DNA of 63,957 nt, filler included, from Folioceros fuciformis (lineage: Eukaryota), in assembly GCA_049999805.1 (NCBI GenBank). It is 13 parts of 13 records of this genome, joined end to end, with 100 filler letters (N's around TTAATTAATTAA, not from the genome) between each part and the next. Parts side by side here need not be neighbours in the genome. Positions count along the whole stretch, not along the records: positions 45,541 to 51,767 come from JBNGIO010002340.1; positions 51,868 to 53,973 come from JBNGIO010002341.1; positions 54,074 to 55,456 come from JBNGIO010002342.1; positions 55,557 to 58,547 come from JBNGIO010002343.1; positions 58,648 to 61,633 come from JBNGIO010002344.1; 8 more parts are not named here. One strand, written 5' to 3'. The position numbers and the translations under genes are program-made. This document shows positions 49,038 through 61,733 of the stretch, piece by piece. Under the pieces are notes generated by a model. That model did not search any database and was not told the origin of the DNA. It saw nothing but the letters and a program-made list of their open reading frames with translations. Every line of letters begins with the position of its first letter. Within the stretch, counting starts at the first letter, position 1.

Positions 49038-51060
49038 TACAGTCCACCCTCCCTAAATGTTATTGTTGGGAGTAAGGTATTGGATAACATTTAGGGAGGT
49101 GTAACAATTAGAGAATTCAAATATTTATCAAAACAAATATTTAAAAATATATTATATATTGTAATTTATTTGTTTATTTTATATTTTTTTATTAAATATA
49201 TAAATATAAACATTATAGTACTTATTATTATTATAAATTTACAATAAATAAAATAATAAATAAAATTTAAAAATGGGCTATCTCTACTTGTTTCAAATAG
49301 GATCTAACCTGGTTTAAAACTTCTTTCACAATTTATTGCAAATTCTTAATTGTAGATATCATATTATTTGGTTTGTTCTCTATAAAAACATGCAAATGAC
49401 CCCAATTGCATCTTCCAAGGCTGGCTACTCCTCGTTGCACACGTAACAGTTGCACCCTTCATACAGCCTAAGTTGCAAGTAATCAGATTTTTTCTTCGCA
49501 AAAAAAAAAAATTGCATCTTCCACTTGAGCATGACTTAAACAGTCCTTTCTTGATAATATTCTCCAGAAAAAGTTTTTACATCGACTACTTCATTTTAGG
49601 ATGGAGGTTGAACAAAAGCCCATATATCATGTACATCTAATAGCACATCCATTTGTCACCTCATAATCAACAAATTCTCAACAAATTCTTGTGCAGACAT
49701 AGTAGAGGTCAATTCTGTTGTTTCAAGTCCCAAATCCCTCAGCTGACCAAGAAGCATTTATATTTTTGCATTATCTCTATAGAATAAATCTTCACGTATT
49801 GCTAGGTTGTCTTGTTGTTACTCATCATCACTGTTAGCATTCTATGTCTTAAAACTAAGTTGATTCAAGTCTATATTCGACATGCTACCATTTGCTCTCT
49901 TACTATACCTCAAAGTGTTTTAAACAAGTTCTAATGATTTTCCCTCTAACATCGATATGCCAAGCTTTTTCCAACATAGTTACAACATGATATACATAAT
50001 AAAAGGAGAATTATCATTTTGAATCTCTTGGATTTGATGCCGAACGAGCCTTTTAGTATAATTAGCCATAAAAGACTGTATAATGTCTACATCCATGGGT
50101 GAGGAAAAAATTCATCTCTTGTAATTTGAAGCCTATTGTATATCTTAGCTAATAATTTTTGAACAAGAGCATTATCTAAAAGAAGTAAGACATTAGTACG
50201 ATCGCTAACTCTCATGTTCGCCTTAAAAAAGAGAATAAATTGCTCAAATAAAGACACCGATATTCAAGCATTTGAGTTTGCTGATCAATAAATACCTAGA
50301 TTCTCCAATTGTCCAATGTTACGACTAGTAAAAGCTCTTGGCCTTAAAAATTTGTTAATCACAAAGTCTAGTAATTTATAACTACTATCCATATTGGCTA
50401 TCAAAGCAACAGTTAGCCTTTCTTTTGGAGTTTTCTTCCCACGTAGCGTCTTCATTACCAATATTTTGTTCGGTTCCAACCAATAAAACAACCTTATTTT
50501 ATCTATGTAAAAAATATCTCAAGGCTTATATCCTCACATGATACTTTTAATAGCTTTTATTTTATCTTGGACCACTTATAACGTGTTAGTAGTTGCAACT
50601 TCTTCATGCTTTACATAACTCTTGATACCAAGTCGATGTTTAAACTTTATCACCTAACCATGAGAAAATATTAGTGGTTTTTCCACCCTTTCTATTTCTA
50701 GTAATATATCATAGAATTGTTTTCTCATTTCACACAACATATCATCAGAGATGGTGACATTTCCTTCCATTGTCACAAACCATAAAAACAGAGGCTCCTT
50801 AATCTTAGGATGAAATGCATCCTTACTCCATTTAGAGTTAGCTTCATGATCCTTTATGTTTCGAAACTTATCTCCCTTCTTGAAAATTTGACCTAGGGTC
50901 ATAGTAGAAACTTATATACTAAATTGATAAGAAGCCTAATAACTAACCTCTCGATTAGTAGCCCCACTATTAGTATCTTTGTATAATATTATTTCTTTCT
51001 TTTGCTCCATCATCAAAGATAATTTCTTCTTACTACTTTGTTCACACCGTACTAAAAATA
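49038..51060 (-). mobile_element. Decayed pogo/Tigger-type (Tc1-mariner; CENP-B HTH + DDE_1) transposon
   Basis: EQKKEIILY, HPKIKEPLFLWF, ISDDML, FSHG*..KFK, LFYWLEPNK, GKKTPKERLTVAL, LLLLDNA and PMDVDIIQSF. TA-CAGTCCACCCTCCC terminal-like sequence at 49038 with a 16-bp inverted repeat (49048-49063 / ~49084-49099). Confidence 0.85.
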
Positions 51061-51494
51061 ATAAAATATAAAATATCTCAAAACTAATATAGAAAAATAC
51101 CTCCAAACATGTCATTTTAGAAACCTTTTGTGTGTGATGATGTCCTAGCGCATTTAATGTTAACACATATTAGATCAAAAGTGTTCACAAATAGATACAA
51201 GAGCTATCTAAACCTATTATAATTTGAGTGTGGGGGACATGCTCCTTCCGAAGCCACATGGGAGTGTAAAAAAACTGCAAAGCAAGGTAGCTGTAGGATT
51301 TTCGGGGCTTAAGAACACTATAAATTAAAATAAAATGATAGCAAATGATACATAAAAAAATAACACCTAGTAAATCAAGTTTAAAAGAAAACACAAAAAG
51401 AAAAAAAAACCATTTTTACTTTATACACTTCTATATACATAAATACTTGTTTACTATACATCGCTTGTTCTACTCGGTCCTTGTCGCTAGCTCC

Positions 51495-51767
51495 ACCTGG
51501 TCCCTATCTCGCTCTTGCCTACTCCACTCGGTCCCTATCTCGCTCTCACCCTGCTCCACTCGGTTCCTATCCCGCTCTTGCTTGCTTCACTCGATCCCTG
51601 TCCCGCTCTCGCCTGCTCCACTTGGTCCCTATCCTGCTCTCGCCCTACTCCACTCTGTTCCTATCCCGCTCTTGCCCTGCTCCACTCGGTTCCTATCCCG
51701 CTCTCGTCTGCTCCACTCGGTCCCTATCCTACTCTCGCCCTGCTCCACTCGGTTCCTATCCCGCTCT
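51495..51767. repeat. 31-32-bp minisatellite, about 9 copies, running into the contig end
   Basis: Unit ~CTGCTCCACTCGGT(T/C)CCTATCCCGCTCTCGCC. Confidence 0.92.
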
Positions 51768-52312
51768 NNNNNNNNNNNNNNNNNNNNNNNNNNNNNNNNN
51801 NNNNNNNNNNNTTAATTAATTAANNNNNNNNNNNNNNNNNNNNNNNNNNNNNNNNNNNNNNNNNNNNCATAATTTTGTGGAGTACATCCATTAGCACACT
51901 GTGACATGGATGTTGTGCTACCAAGATTCACTTGATCTCTACAGAAACCTACAAGAGGCCTTGAATACTATAGTGGAGACTCTCTACCCTGGTAAGAGAC
52001 ATTTGACTTTTGCTCCTTATTTTCCCAGACAGTCGATTCCACAAGTGGTGCAATTGTAGCGAGCTTCTGTTGGGAGCCCTAATCATAGGGGACTTCTCAC
52101 AACATATGCTACATAAGACATAGGGATTTCACAGTTACTAACCAGGCTTGAATCATACCAAAACCACATAGAAAGAAATCATAACAACGTCATTCGACGC
52201 CTTATTAATTCTAGTGTGGGTATTCAAGGTCTGAAAGAACAAATCTCTCACTTGAATTTCAAACTCTTGACTTTATCGAAATCACATTTGCTTGCTAATT
52301 GTGGAGTTAAAA

Positions 52313-53973
52313 TATGGTACCCGGGGGTTTCGCGAGGTCCACACAAGCCCTCTATGTCATTGTACCTCTGGGATTCGATCCCAAGGGAATGATTTGTGTT
52401 AAACTACACAGGTTAGCTTCTAAAGTCAATTAACACCTAAAGCTCGACTGACCCACACACACACGTCCAGTGCTCGGACCTTACCCAGCCCCCTTACTTC
52501 TCCCACCAGACGACCCCTCAACCACTCAGTCGCCCCAGGGACTACCTCCGTCGCTTTTCGGGCTACCTCCGTCGCCATTCGGGCGATGGTCGCCTGACCT
52601 ACCGCTCGTGGGTCCCACACACACTCTCTCTCTCAGTTCCCTCTCTCTAGGGTTTTCTCTCCCTAGGGTTTCCTCTCTCCCACCGGGTCGTTCCTACCCG
52701 ACCGATTACCTCCTGCCCGCGCATCCCCTTTTGCGCTTCCCTTCCTTGGTTCACCACAAAACCGCCTCACTCACCCGAGGAACGAGCGCACACACACATG
52801 AACAGCAGCAATCTGTTGGACGCCTTCCACCCGCGTGATTTCACACCTTAGATACACCCCCTGCAGTCTCAATTCAGTTTCTTCACAGCCTCTCCAGTCT
52901 CATCGCGACCAGTCACACATACACCACGTCTCGTTGCACCCCACACACACTACTCACCTCGCCTCCAGGGTTTCCCCGGCTTTGTTCTCTCTTACCCCAC
53001 TCACCAGTTCTCTGTATACATTCTGCCCGTCTTAACAGTCGTCGAATCACTTCCACTCCGCTTCACTTCCTGCTTCCACTCCTTCTGGCTTCCTTTTTGC
53101 ATTCGCTCTTACCCACTACTCGGCCACTCGCTCCTCCTCCTTCTCACACACGCGCACTCTCGCGCTCTCCTTTCTCCGGTTCTTCAGTCTTCTTTCTCAG
53201 CGATGCCTCTCCTGGGTTCCTATTAATGTTGAGGAATGGTGAGGTACCGGGCTAAGGGAAGAGGAGTCCCTTCCACTCCGAACTCGCGGATTCAGCTCCG
53301 ACACTCGCACCACCCCACGTGACCACCTCGAGGATAGCTGGGGAGCTTCTCTCCCACTCGGCGAGGCTCCTCCTCCCGATTCGTCCCCGGACCTGATCAC
53401 GGAGCGCCCACCACCTACACCCGCACCCCACGTTGCTACGTGCACTCGCTTGCCTAGACCTCCTGTCCAGCAACGACCATCGCTAGGTCCCTGCAAGGTC
53501 GACTGTTTGGCTAGTTCTTGCTGATTTCCTAGGCCTTCAAACCGGCCTCTTGTACACGGTGATGGCGGTTTTTTCCCCCATAAAGTCTGTCAGGCAGGGG
53601 AGCTGCGCTCTTAAATTCTGAGCGACTTAAGTCCAAATAAAGCACGCTAAAAAAATCCTATTCTAGCCTGCATTTACTATCGCCCTTTCCCACGCCGCTG
53701 GCGGCTTCCTCCTGGCCTTCACGTGTCACCCCTTGCTGCTCCTCCTCTCGCTCTTCTGCCCCTCTGTTGGTCCGGCAGATCCTCCCAGAGGATCTCCACA
53801 TAACTGCTGCTACTGCTGGACCTAGCTGGCGGCACAGGCGGGTCCCGCTGCTGTGGTCCACCACTCCTCCTCCTTCTCTGGTTGCTGAGAACAGCCACAG
53901 GCCCCCATTCTACCTAGCACTGGGCCTCCTCTTCCGTCAGTTCCTCCAGAATTGCCTCCGCATAGCAGTGGGG
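52313..53973. repeat. CT-rich dispersed repeat (putative long LTR), homologous to 61950-63957
   Basis: CTGGGATTCGATCCCAAGGGAATGATTTGTGT is identical at 52368 and 62006. GGCTACCTC..GTGGGTCCCAC and TAAGGGAAG..CCACTCC..GGATTC motifs are also shared. Confidence 0.75.
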
Positions 53974-54319
53974 NNNNNNNNNNNNNNNNNNNNNNNNNNN
54001 NNNNNNNNNNNNNNNNNTTAATTAATTAANNNNNNNNNNNNNNNNNNNNNNNNNNNNNNNNNNNNNNNNNNNNAGCCCTTGAAGAGAAGAAAGTAGCACT
54101 ACTGGAAACTTTAGTTGCCTATCTTGCCACAAGTTTCAAGACACAGTCTTAGTTCATATTTGAATTTAGAGTTTGGTTGCAACTTTCAGAGTTAGTAGCA
54201 GCTGCTAGAGGCATGTTCTATGAGAACTAATGTAGAGATTGTAAAGCTTTATACCATTTATAAGACAGTGTTCACAATAGTTCATACAACAGCTTAATTA
54301 TAGCTCATACGTGGTTAAA

Positions 54320-54574
54320 AATATGTGTCATTTAAAATATTGTTTAGAATCTCGTTGTTTCGACCATTTGACATTACAAACGACATTTTAAACGGCTATT
54401 TTTATATCATTTGAACGATCGTTTTGGTTCAATGTTCATACATCTAAATTGAAAACGACAATTTATACGTCATATTTTTATCTTTTAAACGTCATAATAT
54501 CCTATTGTCTGAACCGTTTAAATGGCAGAAATATATCATTTAAAGTATCGTTTTAGCCACCTTTCCCTGCAGTG
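54320..54574 (-). mobile_element. CACTA-superfamily terminus (CACTG variant) with subterminal repeats
   Basis: Minus strand begins CACTGCAGGGAAAGGTGGC, followed by reiterated AAACGAC/AAACGTC/GTCATTT motifs in both orientations. Confidence 0.55.
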
Positions 54575-54680
54575 TCAATCTACTTCTTGATTCCTTAAAT
54601 TCCTTTTAGTAAGCTTTTTGTTGGACCACTCCTTTTTTTTCCTCTATTCCACCTACCATCTTCATCTGAATCACTTTATC

Positions 54681-55456
54681 TAGAGTCAGACCCCTCTAAT
54701 TGGGACCCCTATAAATGAGAACCCCCTTTAAATGGAACGCCTGGGCTTACTCCCTTGAATGTGCTACATGCTAAATGGGAAACCCCTCTAATTTTTAAAT
54801 GGGAACATGTCTCCCAAACATTCAATGTAAGTACACCTCTGTAAAAGGGAAAATACATATTTTAAAAAAACAACTAAAGAAATTATCTTATCATGAGTTA
54901 TTAAGATTATGTCAAGTTAAAGGCCATCGAGATTATATCATAAAACATAGATAGTGATGGAGATTGTCATGGAGATTGAGCCTATATATGTAGTAGTTCT
55001 GTACACTATGCTTTGTGATCAAAAGCATTGTTCCTAGTACATAAGTTGTTTCATTGTACAAGTTGTGTTATGATGTTGTAAGTTGTGTTATGGTGTTGTA
55101 AGTTGTTGTCTTGCTGTGAGATATTTTGTATATGTTTCTTACCCATTTTCTTTGACGTGTAGGAAAAATGCCACCCAAGCCGCCGCGCAAGCATGTTACC
55201 CTAACGAAGCAACAAAAGAAAGAGGTTTGCGAATATTATGTCCAACAATCTTGCACACTTAAGGAGTTGACTAGATGGACAACAGAGAAGATTTCAATAG
55301 CAGCTTCTAAAAGTGCATTGTCTAGGATTGTGAAAAACAAAGACAAATGGTTGGACCCTGCCATTGGTCCAACAACTAATATCGCAGGAATGAGGAATAG
55401 GCCAGTTGTATGCCCACAGGTTGACCACGCAGTACACGTTTGGGCTCTTACAATCC
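54681..55456 (+). mobile_element. 5' end of a pogo/Tigger-type transposon with the CENP-B-like HTH start of the transposase (55168-)
   Basis: TIR-like (TA)GAGTCAGACCCCTCTAA with repeated AAATGGGA motifs, then RKHVTLTKQQKKEVC...KSALSRIVK...R.RPVVCPQVDHAVHVW. Confidence 0.8.
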
Positions 55457-55657
55457 NNNNNNNNNNNNNNNNNNNNNNNNNNNNNNNNNNNNNNNNNNNN
55501 TTAATTAATTAANNNNNNNNNNNNNNNNNNNNNNNNNNNNNNNNNNNNNNNNNNNNCACCTGAAAGTTAAATGGGATTTTTTTCGACATATCATATACGT
55601 ATCATATATTTTACTTTTGCTCATAAGGGGTCTATCATCTCAAAACATAGTTTACAG

Positions 55658-56000
55658 GTGTGGCTATTACATAGCGTCAACAACAAGCCAAGATCTTAAT
55701 GTAGTTCGAGCCGGAGTTTCCATACTTGCATTAAGAGGCGCTGATACATTTCCTCACGACCACCCATACACTGTATATTTCCAAACTCCATGGTTTTTCC
55801 AAGGCTATGCTACATGTGATGTGAATATTGAGGGATCAGATTATATGTCTTCGAAAAAATTATGTAGTGTTTGTTTAGAGATTGCAAAATTTGAGCTCTT
55901 AGACGTTTATTGTGTTGGAAGACGCTCAGGTTTCATAAGAGAAACTCATTGTTCTTTAGAATATACAATAGATGCAACTTTCTGTCCTACCGTACCATAA
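55658..56000 (+). CDS. Possible terminal exon of an unknown Cys-containing protein
   Basis: Open frame of >110 codons in AT-rich DNA after the acceptor TTTACAG at ~55657. No family recognised. Confidence 0.3.
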
Positions 56001-56239
56001 CAACAGCAATATGGACCTATATCCTTGTACGAAATAAAATATTTTGCATGTGATTATTTATTTCATGTGAAAATCATACACAACTCATATTTCTAGTGTT
56101 GTTCATTTCTCAAAATTGGATCAAAGTAATTGTTGAACTATCACTTTATTCTTTACATGAAACTAGACTGACTGCATATTTAGGTCTCATGGTATAGGCA
56201 AGATCGAACTAGTCCAAATGTTTGAAATTAAACAATGCC

Positions 56240-56578
56240 TTAATCCATGATACACTGCCCTTGGACACATATGGGCGGTGTGATAAATAATCCGTCTCTG
56301 CCTAATAAACCGCACTTAGATCCACACAAACCACAATTTCTGTTATCAGAAGCGAAGTCCACACATTCTCCATTGCAATTTGCTAAGCCTCTTCCGCAAG
56401 AAATTCGAGACAACTTTACTTTAAAGTTGTTATCAAAAGATTGTACGGCTCGTGTTTCCTCTGACGCAAAATGAAATAGCTTCGGAATTGGAACAAGTTT
56501 AGCATCTATTATGCTCACTCGTAGAAATAGCAATTGAGACAAAGGTAAGACAAAGAGGAGAAAGTTGCAGCTTGCCAT
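56240..56578 (-). CDS. Secreted Stig1-like cysteine-rich protein, 112 aa
   Basis: Signal peptide, then CGRGLANCNGECVDFASDNRNCGLCGSKC...CVQGQC (C...CVD..D..NCG.CG..C...C..G.C Stig1 pattern). Confidence 0.8.
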   Translation of the reverse strand: MASCNFLLFVLPLSQLLFLRVSIIDAKLVPIPKLFHFASEETRAVQSFDNNFKVKLSRISCGRGLANCNGECVDFASDNRNCGLCGSKCGLLGRDGLFITPPICVQGQCIMD

Positions 56579-56999
56579 ATTTTAAATAAGTTAATGATAT
56601 CGTATGATAAATGAAGATCATATTAAGAATATTTATGAGCTTCATAAATGAAATTTTATAGCATATGAATTTGTGAAAGTCAAACCCTAATAAAGGTCAA
56701 TTTTATTTAAAAATTTATAATTATTTATGACTTTTATCTCTCAGAATATACTTATTTTGTCTGTACTGATTGGTACGTTGTTACAAAATAATTTTTTTAA
56801 ATTTTTTTGTTTTTTTACTTTTATTCTATTATGCATATTTTTTTTCATAAATTAATAGATCTACAAGTGCATAATACTATTATAAGTGACTTCTTTGGAG
56901 TTTCTTTTAATTTACATGTATTTTGTTTCTTCTAATACAAATAATTATATTTATACTTCATTTATCATGGCTTGACGACTCCATGGCAAGCTATGTCCA

Positions 57000-57530
57000 A
57001 TTTCTATAACAAAAAGCTTGATAGAGAAAGATCTTTGTGAAAGTGGCTAATTTTGTTACAAGAGTGATTAAGATGTAGGAATAGTTATAAGAGTTAAAGG
57101 TAGAAGCCAAAGACAATGTTATGCAAAGTGGATTTTCAAAGTTGATGTAAGAGCCCAAAAGTTTTGGAGGTCAAATAATTTCTCTATGAGGAGTAAGAAG
57201 TTTGAGATAAAGAAACAATTCATACCAAGTCTTTAGGTGTGGGTTATGAATAGTTTATCCATAAGCAAGAAGAAGTTTTAAGCTTAATGATGCTTTAGAA
57301 TAACTCTTTAGAGTAACGTAGAAGTTTAGGAGTAGTGATGCAGAGGCCTAGTGTGCTTAGCTAGACAATCTTTTGAGAAAGAATCTCTTAGGGAGAGGGA
57401 GATAAAAAATATATTTTTAAAATTGCCTCCCCTGTGAGCTTCTAGTGATGAGAAGGTAGAGAACATTTTGAGTAAGAAATAACCAAAGGTAATTACTTGA
57501 GAAAAACAAGATGGCATACTATGTATGCTA
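57000..57530 (+). mobile_element. Very decayed Gypsy gag-protease-like relic
   Basis: Purine-rich segment with faint knuckle-like and protease-like (GSNNF) remnants. Many stops. Confidence 0.3.
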
Positions 57531-58386
57531 AAAAGGTGAGACTAACTACCAAAGGTGAGTGGGCCACAAGAGCTAGCCTCTAAAGTCATTAGCCCTAAAA
57601 ACTACCAACAACACCGAAGATATCATGGTTTGGAAAGACGAAGTGGCTACCTGTTACTGGAGTAGCTAACGCCACCTTCTTTGCAAATGTCATTGTCATG
57701 TATATGGCATTTGCCAATGCTTGCTATAGGGCAATGAAAACTCTTTGCTGAAAGAGCACTACAATGCATGAAAGAGGAAGACTAAGGGCCGGATTCCATG
57801 AGGCCGGGTCGATTACGAAAAGCCTCGGGCATTGACACTAGACTAGGTGTTTCTATGATCACTTGTGAGCATACGCGGGTTGAGATTGACCACCAACATC
57901 TTTAGGTTATAAAATACATGTAATATCCGGGAACTACAATAACAATGTTTGTATCCAATATCGTAGACTATTCCGAGGTCGGCAAGTCATAAGGGAAGTG
58001 TCAAAGGCGGGCACAAAGTGTGTTGAAGATGGGTGGGAAGTGTCGAAAGCCTACGAGAAGTGATTTATATTTCAATGCTTGAGAAGTTTCTTGCAGGAAG
58101 TGTTGGAGGTGTGGAAGAAGTGCTTGGATAGATACACCACATCATGTTGAACGCAAATTCTAGGATGAGTCCACTCCGAGTTTAATTCTCTAAATTGAGT
58201 TTCTCTCATACTTCCATGCTCAAGATGTGGAGGAGATGTAGTGCAGTATTCCATCCCAACCTCCTCAATTTCCATTCCAGTTGGAGGAGTCCACTACGTA
58301 AAGAGTGCTTTGGACTGAAATCAAAATCTTGGTTTTGTAGGGTGAACATAGAGCAAGCGTACAAAGATTGTTGGTTGGTAGATACA

Positions 58387-58547
58387 AAGAAAAGCACAAC
58401 CTAGCATAGAGAGGTGGGTCAAGAAAAGCACAACCTAGCATAGAGAGGTGGGTCAAGAAAAGCACAACCTAGCATAGAGAGGTGGGTCAAGAAAAGCACA
58501 ACCTAGCATAGAGAGGTGGGTCAAGAAAAGCACAACCTAGCATAGAG
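58387..58547. repeat. Perfect 34-bp tandem repeat, ~4.7 copies, to the contig end
   Basis: Unit AAGAAAAGCACAACCTAGCATAGAGAGGTGGGTC at 58387, 58421, 58455, 58489 and 58523. Confidence 0.97.
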
Positions 58548-58832
58548 NNNNNNNNNNNNNNNNNNNNNNNNNNNNNNNNNNNNNNNNNNNNTTAATTAAT
58601 TAANNNNNNNNNNNNNNNNNNNNNNNNNNNNNNNNNNNNNNNNNNNNAGGCTTCTCTGGCACTCGTCGGTCGGATGCGCACCGTTACGGTGATCCGGCCC
58701 TTGGCTGAACCACTAAATTCAGCGGACGGAATAGAATGTCCATATCGTCTATATTTGCGTTCTGTTTTTGTGAAATATTATACTGTTGTGGCTACGGCTT
58801 CTGTGGTAGCTTCTAGGTAGCGGATAGTGGCT

Positions 58833-60021
58833 ATGGCGTCTGTGGCGAGCTGGTTGCCGGTGCAGCCTTTCCCCGGCCGATGGAGCCTGGTGTCTGCAGT
58901 AGGGCGCAGCCAGTCTTCCCGTGGTGCAGCCCGATGTCTGGAAAAGATGCAGCTGTGCGTGTGCCAGAGCAAGGAAAGGGAAGCTCCACAGCCGGCATCC
59001 AATCGGGATGATACCATCACTCCTCCCCCCCTAGTGAGCTCCGTCCCTGCAAATGCGATGTCGCTTGCATCCGCATCCGGAACCCGCCATGGCCGCGGCT
59101 AAGCAGGTGGTGATGTGTGAAGGGGCTGGTCGGCGCCACTATGGTGACCTATTTCGGGGTCCTGCATTTCCCTCTGAGCATCCAGGGTTTGTCGGTGGTG
59201 GCGCACCTGCTGCAACGGGAGACGCTGGATCCTCGCACCACGGTATGCATTTGCAGTCCATTCCGTTTGGCAGGTTCATGAATCCGGATCTGGCTATCTT
59301 GCCTTCAATCGATTTTACAGACCCCGACGTCCTGTGAATGCACAGGCGCTTTCCCTGTTGCTGCTGCAGGTGACGGAGATGGCGGGCGCAATGTGGTTGG
59401 TGCGCGACAGCCTCAAGGACTGCCGCCTCTCCCGCAACCCCTTCCGATTCAGCCTCGGCGCTGGCGGGGGCAGCAGAAATTGGGCCTTCGCCGCGCTTGC
59501 GGGGACCGGCGTGCTGCTCCTGGCCGTGGGCTCCTCAGCCACCTTCCTGCAACAGCTGCCTACCGACGAGGTTAGTCCCCCAGGGAAGCAAGCCATGTGA
59601 GATCTGAGGTTTTTGAAAACAATCTTGGCTAGTCATATGGGATCTGAGATTTCTGACAACAATGGTGGCTTGATTACAGATGCGAGAGGAGCTGCATGGA
59701 CTCGGGGAACTCATCAGCGGAGATGCACTCACAGCTGGAATGACCTACGCTGTGTGCCTAGGAATTGTGCCTTATATGGAGGAATTCGTTTTCCGGGGAT
59801 ATCTGCTCTCCTGCTTGGCAAGCTACATGCCGTGGTCCACTGCCGTTGCTTGCAGTTCCCTTATTTTTGCCTTGGCCCATTTCAATCTGTCGGGGTTGCC
59901 AGCCCTCTTCATCGTAGGTTCGGTGCTAGGAGCAGTGTACCTCTGGACACAGAATTTGGCAGCATCCTTTACCGTCCATCTTCTCTACAACATGCTTGTG
60001 CTTGTTGGGCTTCTTCGTTGA
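58833..60021 (+). CDS. Chloroplast CAAX prenyl protease/CPBP (Abi) family intramembrane metalloprotease (At2g20725-like)
   Basis: Exons 58833-59033, 59123-59242, 59346-59570 and 59680-60021, all phase 0. Transit-peptide-like N-terminus. Motifs LHFPLSIQGLSVVA, PYMEEFVFRGYL (EExxxR), IFALAHF (FxxxH) and HLLYN (HxxxN). Confidence 0.9.
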
Positions 60022-60555
60022 AATGCTCTCTCAGTCCTCTCTCCGTCAAGAGTGCAGCAAATTTCCTCATCAATCATCGTGTCCGCCATCTCACCTCGCT
60101 CATCATTCGTAGGGTGAAGACATGCTTCTCCTCGCCAACGCGTAAGCAGAGAGAGGGTGCCGCAACGTGCGTTTGAATACGCATGCAGGCCTTCGCACTG
60201 ATTGGGTGGTACATGTATGTACGACTTTCAAGATTCGATTGTGCTCTCAGACTACTGTGTAGGATGACCATGACGGATACATGGGGGCCACATTCGCAAG
60301 GACTGTTTTCCCTATCCGGACTTTTCTTCCTCTTTATATCCATGGGCCCTTAGCAAGCCGTTTCCCCTTAGTGACGAGGGGACTGGAAATCATACCTTAT
60401 ATAGAATTTGTGTACATATCATACCTTATATAGAAATTGTGTATATTATATATAGGGCAAGATAATCTCATGAATGGAATCCATATAGGGTTTGGAAAAA
60501 GAAGATTATGCAAAGTCCGTGAAAGGTGTCACACTATGTAGTCCATTTGGAGACT

Positions 60556-60700
60556 TGAGGCTTGTGTTGTTTGATGCTTGCTCGATTTGGCCAAATTTCA
60601 TGTTGAGGTTTGTGTTGTTGGATGATCGCTGGATTTGGCCAAATTTCATGTTGAGGCTTGTGTTGTTTGATGCTCGCTCGATTTGGCTAAATTTTATGAA
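60556..60700. repeat. 48-bp tandem repeat, 3 copies
   Basis: Unit TTGAGGCTTGTGTTGTTTGATGCT(T/C)GCTCGATTTGGCCAAATTTCATG. Confidence 0.9.
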
Positions 60701-61733
60701 CCCAAACACACCTACTTCATGATTCACTTGTCCTTATGGTATTTACATCACTTAAGATGAAAAAAAAATTGTTGGGTTGATTTCTTATATGATAAGCACC
60801 AATTGCTTAAGGTGTAGTATTATTACTTAACATTATGTTATTTTTATATTATCAATTGTGACCCATCGTTTAAGCCTTCAAATTAGATACGCATTTAGCA
60901 TTCAGGTGCTATATTGAAGGAAACAACTGTAATATTGCAGCCCATCAATTGTTCATTTCGATGACCCAGAATAAAAAAAAAAAAACCCTTAGCATATGGA
61001 GCTTGCAAATTATGACCCACCAGGATTCTCAAGATTTCATATTCAATAGATTGACCTGGATTATGTAATTGAGACCACGTAAGCTAGATTAATCAAGTTT
61101 GGGGATGACTACATTTTGAGCAGAGATGCGCGCTTTGGCATTCTCAGAAAGGATGGATGGAATAGCATCATAGCTAACCTGAGTAAATTTCTATGAATTG
61201 TAAACTCAAGGCCTCTAGTTGCTTATTGTCTGTAATTAATTTACTAAATGCATACATTTGTAGCTGGACATCCAAGCGTGTAGAACTTCGCGTATTTTCA
61301 CGGTGTGAAAGCAAGGCAAGTGACTGTGGCTGGTGCGGTGGTAAGTGGCTCTGCAACGAGCGGCGCCGCTGCGCCTCCTCCTATGCCTCTTGGATGAGGA
61401 CCATGCGGAGAGGAGGGATGCAATTCCTGACGCTGAGGCTGGAGCTGGAGATACAGCAGGTGGTCAGTGCAGCCATCGGGTGAAGGTCGCTGCCATGGCT
61501 GCGCAGATGGCTGTCCTGCAGCCTTGCGCGTGCAGGGGTTTGGCGGATGCCGACAACCTAGGGGTCCTGGCGCCGGCCTCGGCGTTGGCATTTGCCTCGG
61601 TTGCGGAGGGAGTGCGGGGGAGGAACGTGTGGGNNNNNNNNNNNNNNNNNNNNNNNNNNNNNNNNNNNNNNNNNNNNTTAATTAATTAANNNNNNNNNNN
61701 NNNNNNNNNNNNNNNNNNNNNNNNNNNNNNNNN

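Noticed and set aside
51868..52310. Stop-interrupted ~145-codon frame on the plus strand
   Set aside because: No recognisable motif. It is probably a TE accessory ORF relic.
58387..58547. 34-bp repeats of CRISPR-like length
   Set aside because: Head-to-tail identical units with no spacers, no cas genes and a eukaryotic context. It is a minisatellite that broke the assembly.
61298..61633. GC-rich ORF fragments at the contig end
   Set aside because: Resembles a transit-peptide or first-exon region but is interrupted in the plausible frames and truncated. No family can be assigned.
3069..61733. Recurrent TTAATTAATTAA motif and apparent gene neighbourhoods across N-runs
   Set aside because: These are synthetic 100-bp linkers. 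ORFs ending in X..LIN and cross-linker adjacency are artefacts.
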